Source: Erysipelotrichaceae bacterium (GTDB lineage Bacteria; Bacillota_I; Bacilli_A; Erysipelotrichales; Coprobacillaceae). Taken from it: 24,000 nucleotides of DNA. Where the stretch lies: assembly GCA_021201315.1 (NCBI GenBank), contig JAJQFG010000120.1, forward strand, positions 54,653-78,652. Reading direction: 5' to 3'. Positions 1 to 7,004 of this stretch are shown one piece after another (position 1 is the stretch's first letter; the number at the start of each line of letters is the position of its first letter). The notes under the pieces are model-generated. The model was not told the DNA's origin and did not search any database. It worked only from the letters and a program-made list of their open reading frames with translations. The position numbers and the translations under genes are program-made.

Positions 1-2
1 GT

Positions 3-434
3 ACATGGACGAATAAAAATAAGTTATTATTCACATATGAATATTGTGTAGGTGGTAAAACAGGTTATACTAAAAAAGCCAAGCGTACTTTAGTTACACG
101 TGCAATTAAAGATGATGTATCACTTGTTATCGTAACATTTAATTGTGGCAATGATTTTGAATTTCATCAACAAAAATATGAAGAATGTTTTGATAAATAT
201 AAAAGCATATTAGTCTTACACAAAGGTATCTATAATTATCATGGACATTCTTTTTTAATAGATGAAGACTTGTATTATCCAACAAATGAAGAAAATGTTA
301 GTTATCTTGTTGAAGATAATATGGTTAATGTTATGATTGATAATCAAATTATTTATACAGCACAATGTGAAAAACCAATCAATATAATTTTACATTACTT
401 TTATATATTACTTGGAGAAATGATTAATGGATAA
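3..434 (+). CDS. D-alanyl-D-alanine carboxypeptidase (low-MW class A PBP, DacB/DacF-like), C-terminal fragment; 5' end lies outside the window
   Basis: Frame 3 is open from the window edge to TAA 432-434. The translation ..TWTNKNKLLFTYEYCVGGKTGYTKKAKRTLVTRAIKDDVSLVIVTFNC.. contains the KTG(Y/T) box and the following beta-strand typical of serine DD-carboxypeptidases. It is absent from the ORF track because it is edge-truncated. Confidence 0.75.
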   Translation, partial: TWTNKNKLLFTYEYCVGGKTGYTKKAKRTLVTRAIKDDVSLVIVTFNCGNDFEFHQQKYEECFDKYKSILVLHKGIYNYHGHSFLIDEDLYYPTNEENVSYLVEDNMVNVMIDNQIIYTAQCEKPINIILHYFYILLGEMING

Positions 435-491
435 AAAATGATTGTTTAAATAAAAAATATGTGTATAATGGTAAAGAAGGAGCGTGATCCC

Positions 492-1220
492 ATGGAAAGA
501 TTACAGAAGGTGATAGCTGCTAGTGGTTATACAAGTCGAAGAAAAGCTGAAGATCTTATACGTCAAGGTCGCGTAGAAGTTAATGGAGAGAAAATTATTG
601 AAATGGGTTTTAAAGTCAAAAGCGGTGATTTGATTACCATTGATGGAAAACCTATAGAAGGTGAAAATAAGGTTTATTATGTTTTTTATAAACCTAAGGG
701 TTGTATTTGTAGCTTATCGGATGAATTGGGTAGAAGAACTGTTATAGATTATTTTGGTGATGTTAAGGAAAGAATATATCCTATTGGACGTTTGGATTAT
801 GATACAACAGGTATTTTATTTTTAAGTAATGATGGAGAATTTGCTAATTTAATGATGCATCCTTCTTCTCACTTAGAAAAAATATATGATGTTACGATTA
901 ATGGTCTAATTAATAAAAAAACCATATCACAAATGCAAAAGGGTATCTATTTGGAAGGTGTTAAAACACTACCTTGTCGTATTAAATTAGTCAGTCAAGA
1001 TGAAGAACATCATTCTTCTAGAGTAATGATAAAACTTGTAGAAGGAAAAAATCGTCAAATTAAAAAGATGTTTGAATCCGTAGGATTTACTGTTAAAAGA
1101 TTGCATCGCATGCAAATTGGAAATGTGAATCTTGATGGTTTAAAACCTGGTGAATATCGACGTTTAAAACCACATGAAGTCAAAGAATTAAGACAAGTTG
1201 CTTTAAATAAAAAAACATAG
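492..1220 (+). CDS. rluB: 23S rRNA pseudouridine synthase, RsuA/RluB family (S4 domain plus catalytic domain)
   Basis: MERLQKVIAASGYTSRRKAEDLIRQGRVEVNG is an S4 RNA-binding domain. GRLDYDTTGILFLSNDGE is the catalytic Asp motif of the RsuA/RluB family. ATG 492 follows GAAGGAG (476-482) and a TATAAT at 464-469, so the track start at 459 is probably too far upstream. Confidence 0.9.
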   Translation: MERLQKVIAASGYTSRRKAEDLIRQGRVEVNGEKIIEMGFKVKSGDLITIDGKPIEGENKVYYVFYKPKGCICSLSDELGRRTVIDYFGDVKERIYPIGRLDYDTTGILFLSNDGEFANLMMHPSSHLEKIYDVTINGLINKKTISQMQKGIYLEGVKTLPCRIKLVSQDEEHHSSRVMIKLVEGKNRQIKKMFESVGFTVKRLHRMQIGNVNLDGLKPGEYRRLKPHEVKELRQVALNKKT

Positions 1221-1254
1221 TCGAAGGATGTATGACTTTGTATGATGAAGATTG

Positions 1255-1284
1255 TTGAAATTAATGCATAAGAAGTTTTATAAT
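1255..1284 (+). promoter_or_regulatory. Sigma-A-type promoter for the zinc-ribbon ORF
   Basis: TTGAAA (1255-1260), an 18-nt spacer, then TATAAT (1279-1284), located about 20 nt upstream of ATG 1305. Confidence 0.5.
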
Positions 1285-1304
1285 GAGGATAAGGAGGCAA
1301 TATT

Positions 1305-1721
1305 ATGCGCAGTGTTATTTTAGATACAGATGTAAAAGCTTGCGGTATATGTGGTTCTCAAGAACCATATATTGAATATAAAGAACTTGAAGGGGAACGT
1401 TTTATTTATTGTAAAAAATGTCATACGATTACATTTTTTAAAGCACTCAATGATCCTAGTAAACAAAGCCTTATTGAAAATGAGATGAATCTTCAAAAAA
1501 CCAATAAAAAAGAATTCTCGCCAGAGAGAATTCCTTTTTTTTATTCTTCTACGATTGCTTCTACAGGACAAGATTCTGCAGCTTCTTTTGCTGAATCCAT
1601 TAATTCATCAGGGATATCACCAATAATGTTTTCAGCTAAACCATCAGCATTTAAATCAAATACATCAGGACAAATAGCAGCACAAGTACCACATCCGATG
1701 CAATTTTCGTTAACTTTATAA
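1305..1721 (+). CDS. Small zinc-ribbon-like protein (CxxC-x19-CxxC). As assembled the ORF has no stop before the terminator and runs antisense through fer; the real product is probably about 66 aa
   Basis: A consensus AAGGAGG (1291-1297) sits 7 nt before the ATG, and a promoter lies upstream. The N-terminus reads MRSVILDTDVKACGICGSQEPYIEYKELEGERFIYCKKCHTITFF. The C-terminal 60 codons are the antisense of the ferredoxin gene and look like a read-through artefact (see findings). Confidence 0.5.
   Translation: MRSVILDTDVKACGICGSQEPYIEYKELEGERFIYCKKCHTITFFKALNDPSKQSLIENEMNLQKTNKKEFSPERIPFFYSSTIASTGQDSAASFAESINSSGISPIMFSAKPSAFKSNTSGQIAAQVPHPMQFSLTL
1512..1542. terminator. Bidirectional intrinsic terminator shared by the zinc-ribbon ORF and fer
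   Basis: Stem GAATTCTC (1512-1519), loop GCCAGA, stem GAGAATTC (1526-1533), followed by T8 (1535-1542). It is preceded by AATAAAAAA, which gives a U-tract on the minus strand as well. Confidence 0.75.
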
Positions 1722-1726
1722 CTCAT
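1541..1726 (-). CDS. fer: Small mono-cluster [4Fe-4S]/[3Fe-4S] ferredoxin
   Basis: The 61-aa product MSYKVNENCIGCGTCAAICPDVF...ESCPVEAIVEE carries the CxxCxxC...CP ferredoxin signature. GGAGGAA lies 7-8 nt upstream of the ATG on the minus strand, and a TATAAT lies further upstream on that strand. Confidence 0.9.
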   Translation of the reverse strand: MSYKVNENCIGCGTCAAICPDVFDLNADGLAENIIGDIPDELMDSAKEAAESCPVEAIVEE

Positions 1727-1853
1727 TTTTATTCCTCCTATTCATAAATCTATTATAAACCATTCATACGCTTTTTTAAAGAAAAAATTTTCAATTATTG
1801 AAAGTTGTCTTATATAAAGCAAATAAAAAATCATAGCAATCAATAAATAGCTA

Positions 1854-1862
1854 TGTTATAAT
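1854..1862 (+). promoter_or_regulatory. Extended -10 promoter element (TGtTATAAT) for the acidic membrane protein / cmk unit
   Basis: TG at 1854-1855 and TATAAT at 1857-1862. There is no good -35. The predicted transcription start near 1869 lies upstream of the SD AGGTG (1873-1877). Confidence 0.45.
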
Positions 1863-1883
1863 GGGAAAAAGTAGGTGAAAATA

Positions 1884-2525
1884 ATGGAAAAAGAAACAAG
1901 AATGAGTAAATATAAAGATTTAAGAGATGAAATGAAAGAAGAGGTGGCTATTTCTCCTCAAGAATTTTCAAATGATGATGAAGATGATGATTTTTTATCT
2001 TTTATAAAAGATGATGAAAAGAAAACATTTAATGATACCTTAGAAGAACCTTTATCTTATGAAACATTATCTATTGATAGTGAAGAAATCAAAAGTGCTT
2101 TAAATGATGCTAAAGTTAAAGTAGGTAAAGAAAAATATAATACACGTTTAGATATTCTCAATAAAATCAAAAAAGATGAGAATAATATAGAAGAGGAAGA
2201 AGAACCTCAAAATAAGATGACATTATTAGAAAGATTAGCTGCTATGTCACCAGAAGAAGATGCTGAAGAATTAAAAAAATATGAAGAAGGTTTGACAATA
2301 GGTGATTTCATGAAAGAGAAAGAACCTAAGAAATCACATTCTAAAGAAGAAACAAAAGCTTATAAACTAGGTGATTTTGAAGAATTTGATACATATGAAG
2401 AAGATCCTCTTGAAGAAGAAAAAGAAAGTAAGTTGATTACTTTTTTGAATTATGTTATTATCTTTTGTATTCTAGTATTTATTGTTTTGGCAATATTTAT
2501 TATTAAGCAGTATTTTTTTAGCTAA
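1884..2525 (+). CDS. Hypothetical highly acidic protein with a single C-terminal transmembrane anchor
   Basis: ATG 1884 sits 6 nt after AGGTG, whereas the track start GTG 1875 has no SD. The protein is a long D/E/K-rich region ending in the hydrophobic stretch LITFLNYVIIFCILVFIVLAIFIIKQYFF. I recognise no family motif. Confidence 0.7.
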   Translation: MEKETRMSKYKDLRDEMKEEVAISPQEFSNDDEDDDFLSFIKDDEKKTFNDTLEEPLSYETLSIDSEEIKSALNDAKVKVGKEKYNTRLDILNKIKKDENNIEEEEEPQNKMTLLERLAAMSPEEDAEELKKYEEGLTIGDFMKEKEPKKSHSKEETKAYKLGDFEEFDTYEEDPLEEEKESKLITFLNYVIIFCILVFIVLAIFIIKQYFFS

Positions 2526-2546
2526 GGCATTGCCTTAGCTTTTTAT
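2521..2546 (+). terminator. Intrinsic terminator after the acidic protein gene
   Basis: GCTAAGG-CATTG-CCTTAGC hairpin overlapping the stop codon, followed by TTTTTAT. The cmk SD AGGAGG lies immediately downstream. Confidence 0.55.
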
Positions 2547-2558
2547 AGGAGGAATAGA

Positions 2559-3224
2559 ATGAAGATTAATATCGCTATTGATGGGCCAGCAGCTGCTGGA
2601 AAATCAACCATTGCAAAAATTTTAGCTAAAAAATTAAATTATACATATATTGATACAGGAGCTATGTATCGTTGTGTTGCTTATTTTGCACTTAAGAATC
2701 ATGTTGATCCTCAAGATGAGATGAAAGTTTGTCAATTATTAAAAGATATTCATATTGATATGAAAGCTGATAAGATTTATCTTAATGGAGAAGATGTTTC
2801 TAAAAAAATTAGAGAAAATGAAGTATCGATGCAAGCAAGTTCTGTTTCAAGATATAAAGATGTTCGTGAATTTTTAGTTTCACAACAAAGACAATTAGCC
2901 AAAAATGGTGGATTTATTTTAGATGGACGAGATATTGGCACAGTTGTTTTACCTGATGCTAAACTTAAAATATATCAGGTTGCAAGTATCGAATGTCGAG
3001 CATTAAGACGTCATAAGGAAAATATTGAAAGAGGTTTAGAATCTAATTTAGAGGAAATAAAAGCAGAAATTGAAAGTCGTGATTATCAGGATATGCATCG
3101 TGACATTTCACCTTTAAAGAAAGCTGATGATGCCATTGAAATTGATACATCTAATATGACACTTGAAGAAGTAAGTCAGACGATTTATAAACTTGTGACG
3201 GAAAGGGTGAATGAGCTATGTTAG
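2559..3224 (+). CDS. cmk: Cytidylate kinase
   Basis: [38 protein letters not shown] contains the P-loop and the TGAMYR motif characteristic of CMP kinase. Its length of 221 aa fits. Confidence 0.95.
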   Translation: MKINIAIDGPAAAGKSTIAKILAKKLNYTYIDTGAMYRCVAYFALKNHVDPQDEMKVCQLLKDIHIDMKADKIYLNGEDVSKKIRENEVSMQASSVSRYKDVREFLVSQQRQLAKNGGFILDGRDIGTVVLPDAKLKIYQVASIECRALRRHKENIERGLESNLEEIKAEIESRDYQDMHRDISPLKKADDAIEIDTSNMTLEEVSQTIYKLVTERVNELC

Positions 3225-4522
3225 GTGTTGTTGCGATAGTTGGTCGTGCTAATGTAGGAAAGTCCACTATTTTTAACCGCATTGTAGGGGAACGTGTTTC
3301 AATTGTAGAAGATATTCCTGGCGTTACTCGTGATCGTATTTATGCATCGTCTTCATGGTTAACAAGAGATTTTAGAGTTATTGATACGGGTGGTATTGAA
3401 ATTGAAAATGCTTCTTTTACGCAACAAATTAAAGCTCAAGCGGAAATAGCTATTGAAGAGGCTGATGTTATTATATTTGTTGTGAATGGTAGAGAAGGTG
3501 TGACTAAGGAAGATGAATATGTTGCACGTATGTTACAAAAATCAAAGAAACCTGTTATTTTAGCTGTGAATAAGATTGATGATAGTGCATTTATGAATGA
3601 TATTTATGATTTTTATAGTTTAGGCGTAGGTGATCCTATTGCAGTTAGTGGTAGCCATGGCATTGGTATTGGTGATATTTTAGATGAAGTTATTAAATTG
3701 ATGCCTAGTGATAATGAAGAACTTCATGATGATGAGATTCGTTTTTCTATTATTGGTAGACCAAATGTTGGTAAATCATCGCTTACAAATGCTATTTTAG
3801 GTGAAGAACGTGTTATTGTATCACAAATTGAAGGTACTACTAGAGATGCGATTGATACAGCTTTTGAAAAGGATGGTCAAAAATATCGTGTCGTTGATAC
3901 TGCGGGGATGCGTAAACGTGGTAAGATTTATGAAAATGTTGAAAAATATTCCATTTTAAGAGCAATGTCAGCGATTGAAAAGAGTGATGTTGTTTTAGCG
4001 TTGCTTGATGGTTCTACTGGTGTGATTGCTCAGGATAAGCATGTGGCTGGAAATGCGCATGAAGCAGGTAAGCCAACAATATTGGTAGTGAATAAATGGG
4101 ATTTAGTTGAAAAAGAATCAAAAACCATGCATAAAATGGAAAAAGATATACGTGAACAATTTAAATATTTGGATTATGCACCTATTGTTTTTGTATCTGC
4201 TTTAAAGAATCAACGTGTTAATAATCTTTTACCACTTATTCAAGAAGTTTATGCAAATGCGCATTTACGTGTTTCTACAAGTGTTTTAAATGATGTTCTT
4301 ATAGATGCTCAAACAATGAATCCAACAACCACATTTAATGGTGGACGTCTTAAAATCTACTATGCTAATCAGGTTGCAGTTTGTCCACCAACATTTGTTT
4401 TATTCACCAATAATCCTGATTATATGCATTTTAGCTATAAACGTTATTTAGAAAATAAATTAAGAGAAGCTTTTGGCTTTAAAGGTACACCAATTCATAT
4501 TATTTGTAGAAAGAGGGACTAA
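3218..4522 (+). CDS. der: Ribosome-associated GTPase Der/EngA (tandem GTPase domains plus KH-like domain)
   Basis: Two G1 motifs, GRANVGKST and GRPNVGKSS, each followed by DTGG/DTAG and NKID/NKWD motifs. The start overlaps cmk by 7 nt. Confidence 0.95.
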   Translation: MLGVVAIVGRANVGKSTIFNRIVGERVSIVEDIPGVTRDRIYASSSWLTRDFRVIDTGGIEIENASFTQQIKAQAEIAIEEADVIIFVVNGREGVTKEDEYVARMLQKSKKPVILAVNKIDDSAFMNDIYDFYSLGVGDPIAVSGSHGIGIGDILDEVIKLMPSDNEELHDDEIRFSIIGRPNVGKSSLTNAILGEERVIVSQIEGTTRDAIDTAFEKDGQKYRVVDTAGMRKRGKIYENVEKYSILRAMSAIEKSDVVLALLDGSTGVIAQDKHVAGNAHEAGKPTILVVNKWDLVEKESKTMHKMEKDIREQFKYLDYAPIVFVSALKNQRVNNLLPLIQEVYANAHLRVSTSVLNDVLIDAQTMNPTTTFNGGRLKIYYANQVAVCPPTFVLFTNNPDYMHFSYKRYLENKLREAFGFKGTPIHIICRKRD

Positions 4523-4523
4523 A

Positions 4524-5537
4524 ATGAAAATAGCTATATTGGGTACAGGTAGCTGGGCTACAGGCTTAGCACGTGTTTTAAATGATAATGGTCATGAAGT
4601 TTTGTTGTACGGTATTGATCAAAATGAAATCGATGATATTAATTTAAGACATTGTAATTATAAATACTTTAAAGATGTTAGATTAGAAGATACAATTAAA
4701 GCAACATCTTCTTTAGAACAAACCATTAATCATGCAGATTATATTTTAATTACAATTCCTACTCAATTTGTACGTAGTACCTTAGAAAAAGTTAAACCAT
4801 TATTAAAAAAGAAAGTTACGATTATTAATGCCTCTAAAGGCTTTGATCTTGATACATCTTCGCGTATTTCTGATACAATTAGAAGTATTTTTACAAACGA
4901 TGAAATTAATCCAGTAGAATCTATAATTGGCCCAGCTCATGCTGAAGAAGTAGTGGTAAGAATATTAACTGCAGTTTGTGCTGTTTCATTAGATGAAAAT
5001 TATGCTAAAGATGTTCAATTATTATTCTCCAATCAATATTTTCGCGTTTATACTTCAACAGATGAAGTAGGTGCTGAATATGGTGTGGCTTATAAGAATG
5101 TTATAGCTGTAGCTAGTGGTATTATTGCAGGACTAGGTTATGGGGACAATACACGTGCTGCTTTAATTACAAGAGGTTTAACTGAAATGGTTCGTTATGG
5201 CACCCTTAAAGGTGGTAAGGTAGAAACATTCTTTGGACTTACTGGTATTGGTGATTTAGTTGTTACTTGTTCATCTGTTCATTCTCGTAATTTTCAGGCT
5301 GGTTATGCCATTGGTCAAAGCAATAGAGCAATAGATTTTATGATGCACAATACTAAAACAGTTGAAGGTATTCGTACTTGTAAAGTCATTTATGAAGATG
5401 TAAAAAATCATGATTATGGCATTGAAATTCCTATTTGTGAAGCTGTTTATCAGGTATTATTTGAAAATGCATCGCCACAAGAAAAAATTATTTCACTTAT
5501 GTTAAGAGACTTAAAACCCGAACAAGAAAAAGAATAA
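4524..5537 (+). CDS. gpsA: NAD(P)H-dependent glycerol-3-phosphate dehydrogenase
   Basis: MKIAILGTGSWATGLARVL is a Rossmann GxGxxG motif, and the later GPAHAEEV and NVIAVASGI motifs are also present. ATG 4524 follows AGAGGGA. The track start at 4473 is an upstream extension overlapping der. Confidence 0.95.
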   Translation: MKIAILGTGSWATGLARVLNDNGHEVLLYGIDQNEIDDINLRHCNYKYFKDVRLEDTIKATSSLEQTINHADYILITIPTQFVRSTLEKVKPLLKKKVTIINASKGFDLDTSSRISDTIRSIFTNDEINPVESIIGPAHAEEVVVRILTAVCAVSLDENYAKDVQLLFSNQYFRVYTSTDEVGAEYGVAYKNVIAVASGIIAGLGYGDNTRAALITRGLTEMVRYGTLKGGKVETFFGLTGIGDLVVTCSSVHSRNFQAGYAIGQSNRAIDFMMHNTKTVEGIRTCKVIYEDVKNHDYGIEIPICEAVYQVLFENASPQEKIISLMLRDLKPEQEKE

Positions 5538-5561
5538 AACATATAATATTTTGGTGATATA

Positions 5562-5801
5562 ATGCAACAAGATAATTTATTGGATAAGGTTTCTAAGAAA
5601 ACCAATGTTTCTAAAGATGATATTCTAGCTTTAGCAAGTGACCTTCAAACTAAAGATTTGAATAATGAAAATGATATTAAAGACTTTATTGATAAAATAG
5701 CTCACATAACAAACAAAGAAGTATCACAACAACAAATGTCTAAAATCATTTCAATTATTCAAAACAATCAAGTTCCACAAAACTTTAACGACATGGTATA
5801 A
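5562..5801 (+). CDS. Stage VI sporulation protein F (SpoVIF/YjcC)-like small protein
   Basis: The 79-aa product LLDKVSKKTNVSKDDILALASDLQTKDLNNENDIKDFIDKIAHITNKEVSQQQMSKIISIIQNN matches my recollection of the SpoVIF family pattern (..KKT.V.KDD+..LA..+Q...L..E..++.+I..+A....K.V....). Called by eye only. Confidence 0.65.
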   Translation: MQQDNLLDKVSKKTNVSKDDILALASDLQTKDLNNENDIKDFIDKIAHITNKEVSQQQMSKIISIIQNNQVPQNFNDMV

Positions 5802-5820
5802 CCATGTCGTTATTTTATTT
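5787..5820 (+). terminator. Intrinsic terminator after the SpoVIF-like gene
   Basis: AACGACATGGT-ATA-ACCATGTCGTT (5787-5811) overlaps the stop codon and is followed by ATTTTATTT. Confidence 0.7.
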
Positions 5821-5847
5821 GACAAATTATATCATTTTATATACAAT
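5819..5847 (+). promoter_or_regulatory. Sigma-A promoter of the flavodoxin-fold gene pair
   Basis: TTGACA (5819-5824), a 17-nt spacer, then TACAAT (5842-5847). AAGGAGA lies 6 nt before ATG 5875. Confidence 0.65.
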
Positions 5848-5874
5848 TAACAAAGTATAAAAAAGGAGATCAAA

Positions 5875-6384
5875 ATGAAGAATTTAGTTATAACAGACAA
5901 AGATATATCTACTAATTTATTTCAAAATTCCATCATTGTAAATCTAAACAATATTCATTACTCTTCCTGTACAGGTGGACTAGAATGTCTTAAATGTGAA
6001 GGTGCTTGTTATTTTAAAGATGATATGAGTTTAATATCTCGTTGGATGAATGATTGTCAATTGATTATCTATATAACTAAAGTTAAATATGGATGCTTTG
6101 ATATTCCTTTTAAAAAAATGCTTGAAAGATTGGTTGTTAACTTAGAACCATATTATACAATGGTTGATGGTGAAACATGTCATTTAGGTATTAGTCAATT
6201 AAGTAAGAAGTTATTAGTTATTGGTTATGGAGAACTTACAACTGATGAAATGCATTTATTTAAGGATATGTTAGATGAATCTACTTTAGGTTTTAGTTAC
6301 TCATCTGTTGATGCTTATTTTTGCAGTGAAGATGAGTTAGAAGAAACATTACGTACTTTTGGAGGGGTTGATCATTATGTCTAA
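5875..6384 (+). CDS. Diverged flavodoxin-fold / iron-sulfur-flavoprotein-like protein with a compact Cys cluster
   Basis: MKNLVI.. followed by SSCTGGLECLKCEGACYFKDDMSLISRWMNDCQLIIYITKVKYG..FKKMLERL parallels the C..C..C....C...DDM..I....D.I+..SP.Y.....K...DR layout of FMN-reductase/Isf-type proteins. The N-terminal GSPRK.GNT FMN phosphate loop is not recognisable. Confidence 0.6.
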   Translation: MKNLVITDKDISTNLFQNSIIVNLNNIHYSSCTGGLECLKCEGACYFKDDMSLISRWMNDCQLIIYITKVKYGCFDIPFKKMLERLVVNLEPYYTMVDGETCHLGISQLSKKLLVIGYGELTTDEMHLFKDMLDESTLGFSYSSVDAYFCSEDELEETLRTFGGVDHYV

Positions 6385-6960
6385 AGTTTTATTAATTTCA
6401 TCAGGTTTAAAACATTCTCAGGAGTTTAGTGATATATACATAGAAAAATTGAGTAAATATCTTGAAAAAAATGTGATATATTGGATATTCGTCATATAGA
6501 TAATTTTGACGAAAGAACATTTTTTGCTTATGACAAAGTCGTATTTTGTTTTTTTGTGGCTTTAAATTCTATTCCGTCTACAACTTTAGAAATATTTCAA
6601 AAATTAGAATCATCTTCAAAAACAGCACATATTTATGCACTAGCTATCTGTGATGAATTTGAATGTGAAAAATGTGATACTTCACTTAAAATTATTAAAA
6701 ATTGGTGTCTTCATGAAAACCTTGAATATAAAGGTGATATGCGTATAGGTTCATGTTTAACTATTATGAAAACAAATAATAGATTTATTGTTTGCAATCA
6801 AATAAAAAAATTTGCTCATGCGATTATCAACGATCAAGATACACACCTATCCATTACTTTACCTAATGAAAAGTCTTTTTTCAAAAATGCCAATAAATAT
6901 TGGAGTAAAGAAATTAAGAAAAAACATAAACAAAGGCGAAAACAAAGAAATTTCTTTTAG
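6377..6960 (+). pseudogene. Second flavodoxin-fold protein, split by a frameshift at an A7 run (5' part 6377-6499 in frame 2, 3' part from 6466/6481 to 6960 in frame 1)
   Basis: ATG 6377 follows GGAGGGG and overlaps the previous stop by 8 nt. It encodes MSKVLLISSGLKHSQEFSDIYIEKLSKYLEKN, then stops at 6497-6499. Frame 1 continues as (KK)CDILDIRHIDNFDERTFFAYDKVVFCFFVALNSIPSTTLEIFQKLE..IYALAICDEFECEKCD... Adding one A to A7 (6465-6471) fuses the two into one protein of about 194 aa with typical flavodoxin-fold layout. Confidence 0.6.
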
Positions 6961-6972
6961 GAATTTCTTTTT
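6944..6972 (+). terminator. AT-rich hairpin/T-tract, probable terminator of the flavodoxin-fold pair
   Basis: AAAGAAATTTC (6944-6954) pairs with GAATTTCTTT (6961-6970) with one bulge and loop TTTTAG, running into TTTTT. Confidence 0.4.
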
Positions 6973-6973
6973 A

Positions 6974-6982
6974 TGTTATAAT
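6974..6982 (+). promoter_or_regulatory. Extended -10 promoter (TGtTATAAT) of the thi operon
   Basis: TG at 6974-6975 and TATAAT at 6977-6982, with a weak -35. The predicted transcription start near 6989 leaves only about 16 nt of leader before ATG 7005. Confidence 0.5.
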
Positions 6983-7004
6983 GGAAAAAGAAAAGAGGGA
7001 TAAC

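Noticed and set aside
1055-1571. Minus-strand ORFs 1055..1300 (81 aa) and 1320..1571 (83 aa)
   Set aside because: They are antisense to rluB, to the promoter region and to the zinc-ribbon ORF. Their translations are low-complexity, hydrophobic and Phe/Ile-rich, as expected for AT-rich antisense frames. They have no SD, and they cross the promoter and terminator elements.
1832-1855. 6-bp inverted repeat CATAGC...GCTATG just upstream of the TGtTATAAT box at 1854-1862
   Set aside because: The arms are short and the spacer is 12 nt. A match like this could arise by chance, so I do not call it an operator.
6812-7003. Plus-strand ORF 6812..7003 (63 aa)
   Set aside because: It overlaps the 3' end of the flavodoxin-fold gene in another frame, then runs through the hairpin and the thi -10 box. 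It has no SD and is explained by its neighbours.
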